Below, piece after piece: positions 27,780-36,106 of a stretch of 36,480 nt of DNA. The DNA lies in the NCBI GenBank assembly GCA_041736175.1, contig JBGSUI010000072.1:1-36480 (forward strand), written 5' to 3'. Both the position numbers and the translations under genes were made by a program. The notes below the pieces were generated by a model that was given only the letters and a program-made list of their open reading frames with translations, ran no database searches and was not told the origin of the DNA. The DNA comes from Oligoflexales bacterium. GTDB taxonomy: Bacteria > Bdellovibrionota_B > Oligoflexia > Oligoflexales > CAIYRB01. Position 1 is the first letter of the stretch, and each line of letters opens with the position of its first letter.

Positions 27780-28829
27780 TTATTTGTTAAGCCCAAAGCC
27801 GTGATTGACCAAGATATCCCTTAAGCAGGCAGCCAGCCTTGGATCCTCGCCAGCCGGTCTAACCCTTGAGTAGTGGCTAAAACCCGATTCTAGGGCGAGG
27901 TTTTTGTAGGTGTGGTCCATTTCATACAAGGTCTCGATATGGTCCGAGGTAAAACTGATGGGGACCATTAAGATGCCCGCCTTCGGATGCTGAGCCCCTA
28001 AAGCTTTGATTGTTTCCTCCGTGTAGGGCTTGACCCATTCTACGGGGCCGACCTTGCTTTGGAAAGATAAGTGAAAATGGACGCGACTCTTGTCTCGGCC
28101 TCCTTCGTAGGTGTTCAGCCAGTTTTCGGCCATGGACTGTAGTGCCTGGAAGTGCCCTTGGATTTCTGTTACATAAGGGTCACCCCGTTGGTGGTAGGGC
28201 TGGGGGATCCCATGGGCCGAAAACACCACTTCTACGGAGGGTGTTGGAGATCCGTTTTTGCTGAGTTGGGCGATCAGGCCCTCTTTAAGATAGTCAAAAG
28301 TCAGATTCAAATACCCAGGATGATGCCACCAGGAAAACACCCGTGTGCTTGGAAAATCCCTGTGGCCATGATGAGCTTCAAAGGCGAGATCAAGGTCCCG
28401 CAGTGAACTCACCGTCGTGCTATGACAGAGGTGGGGGTACAATGTCAAAACATAGATTTTGGATGTCTTTGGATTAAGGCGTGGCACTAGTTCGCTGGCA
28501 AAGGGCTTGGTGTAGCGATTGACCACGTGGACTTTGGTGTGGGGATTGATCTTTAAAAGCAGGCTTTCCAGCTGATCTGCTTGGATTTGGGTGCAGCGGT
28601 TAATGGGTGAATAACCAATCTTCGCATATTCATGGTCGCTTTTCGGGGCTCGTTTGCGAGCGATTCTTTGAGCCAACCATCTACGAAAAAAAGCAGGGAT
28701 CCGCCCCCTGATGATAAAAGGATCTTCAAAAAGTTTAAGGAGAAAGGGATAGACCTCTGAGGACTGGGTAGGACCTCCAAAATGACAAACGATCACCTCG
28801 GTCCTGCTGCTGCCCGTGCCCTGATCCAT
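27780..28829 (-). CDS. hemH: Ferrochelatase
   Basis: GGP, YSPI, LYP, FSAHGIP, GDPY, FQSKVGPVEWVKP, VPISFTSDHIETLYEMD. Confidence 0.92.
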   Translation of the reverse strand: MDQGTGSSRTEVIVCHFGGPTQSSEVYPFLLKLFEDPFIIRGRIPAFFRRWLAQRIARKRAPKSDHEYAKIGYSPINRCTQIQADQLESLLLKINPHTKVHVVNRYTKPFASELVPRLNPKTSKIYVLTLYPHLCHSTTVSSLRDLDLAFEAHHGHRDFPSTRVFSWWHHPGYLNLTFDYLKEGLIAQLSKNGSPTPSVEVVFSAHGIPQPYHQRGDPYVTEIQGHFQALQSMAENWLNTYEGGRDKSRVHFHLSFQSKVGPVEWVKPYTEETIKALGAQHPKAGILMVPISFTSDHIETLYEMDHTYKNLALESGFSHYSRVRPAGEDPRLAACLRDILVNHGFGLNK

Positions 28830-28885
28830 GTGACCTCGCTTTCATTTTTGTAAAATAAGAATGGTTACCCTGGACTGCATACCAC

Positions 28886-29299
28886 TCAATTGAGAAGCGG
28901 TCGTTCGTCCGGACTATCCAAAGAAAACGCAGGTATCGCCACTTCGAGGATTTCACCTTTGGGACAGGGAGCCATTTGGTAGCTTCCCACCATAAACCCT
29001 GACGGTGTCGCCAGATTTACAAAGCTACTATAGGAGTAGACTGAGCCAGGGCTAATCAAAGGCTGGTCCCCCACCACCCCAGGTCCCTTGACCTCAAAGG
29101 TCTGGCCATGGGCATTGGTGATACGCCAATGGCGGGACAGGAGTTGCCAGGAATGGTTGCCACTATTGCGGATTTCCACTTCGTAGGCCCATACATAGAG
29201 AGAATTCTCAGGTTTTGAATGACTTGTGAGGTATACAGGGTGTACGCGGACTTCAATTCCACTTGTGGTTTGATGATAAATAATGTTTTCTATGTCCAT
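28886..29299 (-). CDS. apaG: ApaG-domain protein
   Basis: YVWAYEVEIRN, QLLSRHWRIT, VKGPGVVGDQP, LATPSGFMVGSY, IPAFSLD. Confidence 0.93.
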   Translation of the reverse strand: MDIENIIYHQTTSGIEVRVHPVYLTSHSKPENSLYVWAYEVEIRNSGNHSWQLLSRHWRITNAHGQTFEVKGPGVVGDQPLISPGSVYSYSSFVNLATPSGFMVGSYQMAPCPKGEILEVAIPAFSLDSPDERPLLN

Positions 29300-29407
29300 T
29301 GCTCCTCATGGCCTCTACATGCTGTAGCTGATGCTCTATCCATAGGAAAAAATTCACCGCTACGCAATCAATAACAGCGAAGATTCACTTCTTTCCAACA
29401 GGTAACG

Positions 29408-30214
29408 ATGGCACTCCCTCCCTTTGATCCTTATTATTATTATTCTAAGAGCGTCCAATCTCCTAACGAAGATATGGAATTCCTCGACCAGGTGTACAGA
29501 GATGTCCACGGCAAAAAGGCGAAGCCCAAGGTGATGCGAGAGGACTTTTGTGCGGCCTTTCTTAACTGCTGTTCGTGGGTCAAAAGAGGGCCCCAGCGGA
29601 TAGCCTACGGACTGGACCTCGATCCTGAGCCTCTCGACTATGGTCGTCAGCACTACTTGCCGACCCTTACTAAGGATCAGGCGAGGCGGGTGATACTCCT
29701 CCAAAAAGATGTCTTGGGGTCAGGTCTCCCCAAAGCTGATATGATTTGTGCCCTTAATTTTTCTTACTCGATCTTCAAAGAGCGAGAAACCATCAAAAAG
29801 TATTTTAAGAATGCGCTGAAAAATCTAAACCAAAATGGAATCATGGTTCTCGACGCGTTTGGCGGCATCAAGTGTTGGGAGCCAAATGAAGAAGAGATTA
29901 GCTACGACGATCACGATCCCCCATTCAGCTATTTTTGGGACCAGGATTCCATCGATCCCCTCACCCACCATGGGATGTTTTATATCCACTTTAAGCGCAA
30001 AGGCGAAGCTAAAAGGCAGCGAGTTTTTACCTATGACTGGCGCCTTTGGACGGTGCCTGAATTGAAGGATTTGCTTTTAGATGCTGGATTTTCCAAGGTC
30101 CTACTCTATTGGGAAGGCACGACTGAAGATGGCGAAGGTGACGGCAACTTCCAAATCACCGAAACAGGTGAGGAGTGCGAATCTTGGATCTGCTATATCG
30201 CCGGCGTAAAATAA
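29408..30214 (+). CDS. Class I SAM-dependent methyltransferase
   Basis: SVQSP, MREDFC, GLDLD, CALNFSY, LDAFGG, FTYDWRLWTVPE. Confidence 0.75.
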   Translation: MALPPFDPYYYYSKSVQSPNEDMEFLDQVYRDVHGKKAKPKVMREDFCAAFLNCCSWVKRGPQRIAYGLDLDPEPLDYGRQHYLPTLTKDQARRVILLQKDVLGSGLPKADMICALNFSYSIFKERETIKKYFKNALKNLNQNGIMVLDAFGGIKCWEPNEEEISYDDHDPPFSYFWDQDSIDPLTHHGMFYIHFKRKGEAKRQRVFTYDWRLWTVPELKDLLLDAGFSKVLLYWEGTTEDGEGDGNFQITETGEECESWICYIAGVK

Positions 30215-30393
30215 GTTATTTGCTCCAAAGATAATTCAATAACTAAAATCTTTCCGATAGTTAGAGCTGGTCCTCAGCTCTTTTTTTTAAGCCCTTCTTT
30301 ATGGTCACCTCCATTCTTCCGATCCCCTATGGGTGTCCTCTGTTTATTGTTCCTATAAAAGAGATCCAACTGAAAATGGGAGAAAGATTTTTC

Positions 30394-32448
30394 ATGTCTC
30401 AAAAAATCAAAATCATCTTGAGTTTGTTAACCATAGTCGCTTTGTTAACGCACTGTAAGTCCCAAATCAGGACCATGATGGGAGCCAAGCAACGCAAGGA
30501 AGCTGGTGCCGAAGAGGCATCAGCTAAAGGCGAACCAATCGTTCGACGCTTTAAAGCCTCGGAAGAACGTTTTGGAGAACTTCAATTCAATCCACAAGAT
30601 GGGGCTCTTACCTCTGCCTTTGAACTGGAAGATCAATATGTACCAAATTCCAAAATACTAAAGCAAGAAGCCCAAACCAATGTGGTCGACATCCTCCAAC
30701 AGGGCAATCCGGAGGTACAGCGCAACGAAATCTTCAAACAAGACGAACTAGGCATCATCGATATCCAATTGCTCATCGATAATTCTGCCTCTATGCAACA
30801 AGAACAAGACCGCATCAAAAACTCTCTCAAAGACCTCTTAAATTATATCTCCACGACTAATTGGCAGATCAATATCACGACCACGGATCCTGGGAGTGAT
30901 CCTGGTGCAAGCTGCTCAAGGGCCCTTATCCGCAAAGGCGAAGCCAATGCCGCGGGGATTTTCCAGGCTGCGGTGGATGCCGGTGTGATGGGGTCGGCAT
31001 CAGAAAAAGGTGTTCTGATGGCAGTGGAAGGTCTTAAGTGTCACAGCAATCAGTGGCTTAGAAAAAACGCCTCCACAGCGATCCTCTTTGTATCAGACGA
31101 AGACAATTGCTCCAATGGCAACGACGACGACTGCATTAACCAGCCCTACCAGTCGGCAAAGTATTTGACTGATTACCTCAGTGGGCCCATGGCAAAAACA
31201 GTCGGCACCGACGCACGGATCTACGGGATTTTTTGGGTTCCGGGGACAACCTGCGCAGATGGCTTTAATCAGGGGTTTATCTACCAAGAATTGGTAAATC
31301 TTTCAAAAGGCAAATCAGGGTCTATCTGCGACACCGACTACACCCAGGTTTTGCAGTCGATCTCAAAAGACCTTAACTCGATTTTAAGTTATGAGTTTAT
31401 ACTTAAAAACCAGCCTCTCTCGGGGAGTCTTAAAGTGTTTATCACCCAAGGCGATATCACCACAGAGACGACTAATTTTATAGTCAACGGTCGCTACCTC
31501 CGGTTTCTCTCGCCTCCCCCTGCTGACACCACGATTTCAGTGCAGTACCAGTCCGCAAATCCCCAGCCTTTGACCAATCGATTTAAGGCCTCCCAAAAAC
31601 CGAAAGTTTCAACCCTCAAGGTCCGCGTCGATGGTATCGAGCTTGGTGCCTCCGATTACACTTATGATGCAGCAACCCAAGAGGTGGTTTTAAATACCAC
31701 CCCAAAACCAGATGTGGATGTGCGTCTCGATTATGCAAAAGATATAGAGCTGTTAAACAATTTTAGCCTAGGTGCCAAAGCCAAAAAAGGTAGCATTAAA
31801 ATCACCCAAAATAATATCCCCACCACCCAATTCACTCTCACGGAAACAGATGGTAAGACCTTTGTCGCCTTTCCCGAGGTTCCCAAACCCGATACCACGC
31901 TGGCGATTACTTTTTTAGAATCCACGGGGCCCCAGCTTACCTACCCTCTTGAGCTCAGTGGAGATGGGATCAAATTGGTTTCAGTTGTCGATTCAGATAA
32001 TAAACCACTGAATGTTTCTATAGATCTCCCTGCCAAAAAAATATCCATCCCTGCAGCGGATTACAAGGAAGGAAAGAGCGTTAAATTGCAGTTTCAGCCT
32101 AAAAGCTTTGGGGTAGCAAAAATCAACCTACCGGAAAAAATCATACCGGAATCCTATAAGTTGACCCCCACTAACGGGACCTGTTCCGTCCAAGCCACCT
32201 TTGATACTGCTGATATCAACTGCACTCCCGCCAATGCTGCACCCATCGTTGTCCAATGGGCCTACCGTACAGCCTTACAGCAGTCTTTTACGATTCCCGA
32301 AGTCGCTGATCCCAATGTGGGAGCCTGGCAAGTCATGGTCAACCAACAGGAAATATCACAGTATAAGCGGCAAGATAAGACGATTATCATCGAGGTTGCG
32401 TTGGCTCCCGCTGACGAGGTTCAGATCACTTATTTTTCGAAAATATAA
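30394..32448 (+). CDS. vWA/MIDAS-domain lipoprotein with repeated C-terminal beta domains, putative adhesin (start revised to ATG 30394)
   Basis: Lipobox LTHC; MIDAS DxSxS (IDNSASM), ITTTD, FVSDEDNCS, SICDTDY; several repeats of the form V.V.G..(Y/F)..F...P....I.(V/I).Y. Confidence 0.8.
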   Translation: MSQKIKIILSLLTIVALLTHCKSQIRTMMGAKQRKEAGAEEASAKGEPIVRRFKASEERFGELQFNPQDGALTSAFELEDQYVPNSKILKQEAQTNVVDILQQGNPEVQRNEIFKQDELGIIDIQLLIDNSASMQQEQDRIKNSLKDLLNYISTTNWQINITTTDPGSDPGASCSRALIRKGEANAAGIFQAAVDAGVMGSASEKGVLMAVEGLKCHSNQWLRKNASTAILFVSDEDNCSNGNDDDCINQPYQSAKYLTDYLSGPMAKTVGTDARIYGIFWVPGTTCADGFNQGFIYQELVNLSKGKSGSICDTDYTQVLQSISKDLNSILSYEFILKNQPLSGSLKVFITQGDITTETTNFIVNGRYLRFLSPPPADTTISVQYQSANPQPLTNRFKASQKPKVSTLKVRVDGIELGASDYTYDAATQEVVLNTTPKPDVDVRLDYAKDIELLNNFSLGAKAKKGSIKITQNNIPTTQFTLTETDGKTFVAFPEVPKPDTTLAITFLESTGPQLTYPLELSGDGIKLVSVVDSDNKPLNVSIDLPAKKISIPAADYKEGKSVKLQFQPKSFGVAKINLPEKIIPESYKLTPTNGTCSVQATFDTADINCTPANAAPIVVQWAYRTALQQSFTIPEVADPNVGAWQVMVNQQEISQYKRQDKTIIIEVALAPADEVQITYFSKI

Positions 32449-32476
32449 ACAATATTTGTTATTATTGAAAATTTAC

Positions 32477-32504
32477 TAAAGTTATTTGAAAATTATGCCG
32501 ACAT
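32477..32504 (+). promoter_or_regulatory. sigma28 (FliA)-like promoter
   Basis: TAAAGTTA-N12-GCCGACAT (consensus TAAAGTTT-N11-GCCGATAA), 44 bp before ATG 32549. Confidence 0.6.
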
Positions 32505-32548
32505 TATGCGGCCCCTATACGATTTAATTATCGCCAAGGAGTCACTTA

Positions 32549-34432
32549 ATGATCGCAAAAAAGCCTTCACAGATTTGCGAAGTCGCTATCAATCATGGTC
32601 TTTGGAGGATACTGTCACTGACTTTAGTATCAATCATTTTATCATGTAAGACACGAAGTTATTCTCAATCTGATCTCCAAGGAGGCCGCTCCTTTGATGA
32701 GATCCAAGCTCGGATGATTGGTGATTTAGAGCAGCTTTCTAAACCAGAATCTCCAGGCGGAGTCTTCCTAGACAAACAAACTGTCGATAGTTTGATAGAC
32801 CAGTTAGATTCTAGTTCACCAGGGATGCTTAAACTCACCATCGACGGGCAAGTCTTGAGCTTAGATGGTAAGCCTTTGGGAACTAAGGACGCAAACTATA
32901 CAGATTTTTTTACGGCTCTCGATCGGGCTGTAGCCAGTCTCAGTGGCGGTCAAAAATACAGTCTGCAAGGGTCGGGAGGGAGTGGCGCAGCACTTGATAT
33001 CTTAATCAAAGCCCAGCGTAAAGGAGATTTAGACTTGCAGAAGTCCTGGCTAAAGCGGGAGACGTCACAACAAGTAAAAATCAAAGTTATTGAAATGAGC
33101 CTAACCAGCAATGCCGACGGTCTTAAACTTCAGGGGGCAGGGACGGGGACGGAAAAAGAGATTATCGTCGATCCTGGCCTGGATTTTACCAAACATAGAA
33201 AGGTGTATATTGTTTACGCTCTTAAATCCATGCTAGCACCAAAACTCCAATATGATCTTGGACCGATCAGTCCCGCCACCCAGGAATCTGGGGAATGTCG
33301 CAGGCGGCGCACCCTTTCAGCACCCTCCATCATACCATTTAAAAGAGGGGACTTAGACAGACTATGTGCTGCGAATGTTCGTAAATATAAAGATATAGGG
33401 TTTAGACGAATCGCTCTTTTCCCGGTAGTGCATTATGCGGGTGGAAGCTATGACATGCGTGCTTCTGAAAGCGAAAATTCAACTAAGGAGACGAAACTGC
33501 CAGGGAGTCCTCAAATCGGCAAGGATTTTCGATTTGAAATCCTAAATGCTCCGTCGGCCCAGGAGGTCGAACGGTGTGTGTCGCTGATTTTAGATGCTGG
33601 AATGGAGCTTAGCTACGTACCCCACGCGGAGTCTATCGTAACGATGAACGCTCCTGGCGAATCGGAATGGCGGATCAAACTTGGGTTTCCCGCAGATAAC
33701 GACGAGTTCTACGAACTAGCCTACGGACCTTTGGTCAGAGTCCTCAAGCAAAAGGGAGACCGTCTTAAAAATCCATTGATGGTGTCCCTTGCTGCAGAGA
33801 TCGACACGGTTGCCTTAGTTTATCCCGATACAGTCATCAAACTCGCCGACCGTCTTAGGAAGGACCTTAAAGTCGAGCCCTCAATGCTGAGGCTTGAGTG
33901 GAATCCGAATGGTGATTTTAGCCATGAGATGAACTTGCAAAAGGTCTACTCCGAGCGAGGAATCAATGGATGCCAGAATCTCAAAGATCTGTTGTTATCT
34001 AAAATCGATGGCATTGCCCCGAGTTCTTATGACAACTACGGTCATATTGCGCCAATTGTACAATCGATCCCTACTCTTGTGGATACTCGAGATTTATTTT
34101 TCAATAGGTTAGAAAAATACCTTAACACCCAGTGCCCCGGTCTTGGATCACCAGTTAAAACACATTTGCGAGATCGATACGGTATCGCTGAATTCAGCCT
34201 CCAGGGTGACCGGCGAAATCGTTATGGTGAATTTTTAGAAAGTGCACTCAAAACGCAAAAGGGACAAAATCATCGGATCAATTTTTGGACGACGGGAGAA
34301 ACTGCATTTGATCCGTTTGCACCAGGCCAAGACGACAGTTTTGGGCCGCCGGGTAAGAAGTGGGAAACCCCTCCAGTTCCAGGACCCCTGCCAGAAGCAC
34401 AGATCAGGCAGTTTTTGGAGTGCCGATCCTAG
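32549..34432 (+). CDS. Large lipoprotein with a possible C-terminal TIM-barrel glycoside-hydrolase-like domain
   Basis: AAGGAG RBS; lipobox ILSC; beta/alpha alternation with candidate catalytic glutamates in VSLAAE and GIAEFS. The fold call is tentative. Confidence 0.6.
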   Translation: MIAKKPSQICEVAINHGLWRILSLTLVSIILSCKTRSYSQSDLQGGRSFDEIQARMIGDLEQLSKPESPGGVFLDKQTVDSLIDQLDSSSPGMLKLTIDGQVLSLDGKPLGTKDANYTDFFTALDRAVASLSGGQKYSLQGSGGSGAALDILIKAQRKGDLDLQKSWLKRETSQQVKIKVIEMSLTSNADGLKLQGAGTGTEKEIIVDPGLDFTKHRKVYIVYALKSMLAPKLQYDLGPISPATQESGECRRRRTLSAPSIIPFKRGDLDRLCAANVRKYKDIGFRRIALFPVVHYAGGSYDMRASESENSTKETKLPGSPQIGKDFRFEILNAPSAQEVERCVSLILDAGMELSYVPHAESIVTMNAPGESEWRIKLGFPADNDEFYELAYGPLVRVLKQKGDRLKNPLMVSLAAEIDTVALVYPDTVIKLADRLRKDLKVEPSMLRLEWNPNGDFSHEMNLQKVYSERGINGCQNLKDLLLSKIDGIAPSSYDNYGHIAPIVQSIPTLVDTRDLFFNRLEKYLNTQCPGLGSPVKTHLRDRYGIAEFSLQGDRRNRYGEFLESALKTQKGQNHRINFWTTGETAFDPFAPGQDDSFGPPGKKWETPPVPGPLPEAQIRQFLECRS

Positions 34433-34448
34433 AGTAATGACCATTCGA

Positions 34449-34556
34449 GTACTGCAATTTCGGCTTCGACCGCTGGGTCGACCAAAAGTCACCCATCCAC
34501 GACTTACCATCTCGGCGGTGACTTTGGAGCCTTGAAACCTCCTTGCACTGGTGTAC
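34449..34556. other. Highly structured intergenic element (nested stems with a three-way junction); candidate ncRNA or element end
   Basis: Nested pairs GTAC/GTAC, TGCAA/TTGCA, TTTC/GAAA, GGCT/AGCC enclose the hairpins TCGACC/GGTCGA and CCAAAAGTCACC/GGTGACTTTGG. Confidence 0.6.
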
Positions 34557-34563
34557 GATCAGG

Positions 34564-35658
34564 CTAAAGATCACCGACGGCTTCAGTAACGAAGCCGGCT
34601 CTTTTGTTTAGATTTTGTTGCCAAAACTCTTCGCCAAGATTTATGCGGGCTTCGTATTGGTTATGATTTCGACACTTTAGAGTCAAGTTATCCACCGTAT
34701 GGTTGCCACCGCGACAGTACATTGTCCTATGATCCAGCTCAAGCATTCCCCGTTCTGGACACCTTCTGCCGCTTGGATCGTTCCAAGTGCATTGGCCTTG
34801 ATCTCTGAGCCACACTGCGTGTCGGATAGCAGCTGGTATGGCCGGACGAGCTGTAGGTTCAGGCGCTTTTTGTACCGGTACTAAAGCACTCGGGGGATTA
34901 GACTCGGACCTGCGCTCTTCTGGCACGTTTTGTACCGGTACAAATTGACCAGGGACCTCGGCCTCCTCTTTCTTTACACTTGCGGTCTCGACCGCCACCC
35001 CTCCCACTCCCCCGACTTCTTGATTACTGGCCTGACGCTGCTGAGCCCTTTGGGCTTTGCGAAGGGGATCTCGCTTATGGAGGAGGGCATCGAGCGCCTC
35101 AGTAAAAATATCGGCGTTTGTAGGGACTTTTCCTCCAGACGAAAGGACTTCTCGAGCGCGGTCTAGCAGAGCCAGTTGGTCCAAAGTTAATGTTATAGGT
35201 ATGGTGACAGTCGCTTCTTGATCGCTTATGTTTCCATCGAGGTCAATACGGGACAAAAACCCTTCAGCGTCCCGTTTCGATTTGCCTTTGATATTTGCAA
35301 AAAGGACGTCAGCATTGGCTTGGCTCACTTTTCCATAAACCAATTGTAAAATACTTACCTGGGTTTCTCCGGCTTTAAGCAGTTCTAAAGACTCTGGGAA
35401 AAACCGAAACAGCCGTCCGACTTTGGCCCTCCCATAGTAAACATCGGGGGTCAGGCCTATCTTCTGGATAAATTCATCTTTGAACATGCCCAGATTTGCG
35501 GCAGCGTTGTCCCGTTCCAGCGCCTCTATCAAAAAAATAGAATTGATAACGTCCGCTTGTTCCCGTTTATGGACAAGGGTGGCAGCTTGAAAAAGCTCGC
35601 GTCTTCTCACCCTAAGATCGTCACAGGGGCGGCTCATGATTTCGTCTATAATATACAT
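34564..35658 (-). CDS. HNH endonuclease with DUF222-like N-terminal region
   Basis: GGAGG RBS; C-terminal IPAAIRHAVWLRDQGQCTW...RC...LELDH...GG.HTVDNLTLKCRNHN; helical N-terminal domain and a low-complexity linker. Confidence 0.88.
   Translation of the reverse strand: MYIIDEIMSRPCDDLRVRRRELFQAATLVHKREQADVINSIFLIEALERDNAAANLGMFKDEFIQKIGLTPDVYYGRAKVGRLFRFFPESLELLKAGETQVSILQLVYGKVSQANADVLFANIKGKSKRDAEGFLSRIDLDGNISDQEATVTIPITLTLDQLALLDRAREVLSSGGKVPTNADIFTEALDALLHKRDPLRKAQRAQQRQASNQEVGGVGGVAVETASVKKEEAEVPGQFVPVQNVPEERRSESNPPSALVPVQKAPEPTARPAIPAAIRHAVWLRDQGQCTWNDPSGRRCPERGMLELDHRTMYCRGGNHTVDNLTLKCRNHNQYEARINLGEEFWQQNLNKRAGFVTEAVGDL
34867..34944. repeat. Two copies of TTTTGTACCGGTAC 60 bp apart inside the HNH gene, with palindromic core
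   Basis: GTACCGGTAC at 34872-34881 and 34932-34941; the second copy extends to the 16-bp perfect palindrome TTTGTACCGGTACAAA (34929-34944). Confidence 0.85.
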
Positions 35659-35933
35659 GGATTTTCCTCCATAAAAAGTCCCTTAAAGCAGATCCGGGTC
35701 AACCAAGAATGGTGACCATGCAAAGGTATACCACAGGTCTTTTTAGAGAGTTTTTATGTCACAGGGCAGTCAAGAAAGAGACGTCCTCCAGAGTCCTCTC
35801 ACCCTGCCAGGGAGTGCCCTTAACAGGTCAGTGGAGTTTAAAAAAACTAAAACGAACGGCAAAGCTAAAATCGCGGGGTTTTTGCGACCCTAAAACCTTG
35901 TCAATGAATATTTCGATTTATTTTTGCATTTGA

Positions 35934-36049
35934 TGCTGTAGCAGCGGCTTTTGGCCGACAGAGCGGTCATGGCCGAAGAAGGCCACGACCGGCTCCCGGA
36001 GAATATTCGTCAGGGCGCTGACGAAAAGTTCAGGCATAGCGCAGTGCCT
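35934..36049 (-). other. GC-rich multi-hairpin element in AT-rich intergenic DNA; candidate ncRNA or REP-like element
   Basis: Stems CGGC/GCCG (35945-57), GAGC-GGTCATGGCC/GGCCACGACC-G-GCTC (35961-95), TTCGTCAG/CTGACGAA (36006-25), AGGCA/TGCCT (36032-49). Confidence 0.55.
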
Positions 36050-36106
36050 CAGTCCATTATTTTCCCCTTAAATTTCAGTCGTTTTACTTTGTATATCAAT
36101 TTCTAA

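Noticed and set aside
533..35166. Numerous 60-180 aa ORFs nested in or antisense to well-supported genes (e.g. 9196..9609, 9933..10355, 16485..17018, 27223..27711)
   Set aside because: Typical shadow frames with no motifs or translation signals.
34564..35658. Cas9, IscB or TnpB identity for the HNH protein
   Set aside because: No recognisable RuvC motifs, PLMP N-terminus or bridge helix; the HNH is C-terminal after a DUF222-like region.
34438..35715. Terminal inverted repeats around the HNH gene (TGACCATTC / GAATGGTGA)
   Set aside because: Only 8 of 9 bp match and there is no target-site duplication; chance level.
36006..36025. Hammerhead ribozyme (CTGACGA core on both strands)
   Set aside because: No stem II followed by GAAA in the required geometry; the motif is one arm of a simple hairpin.
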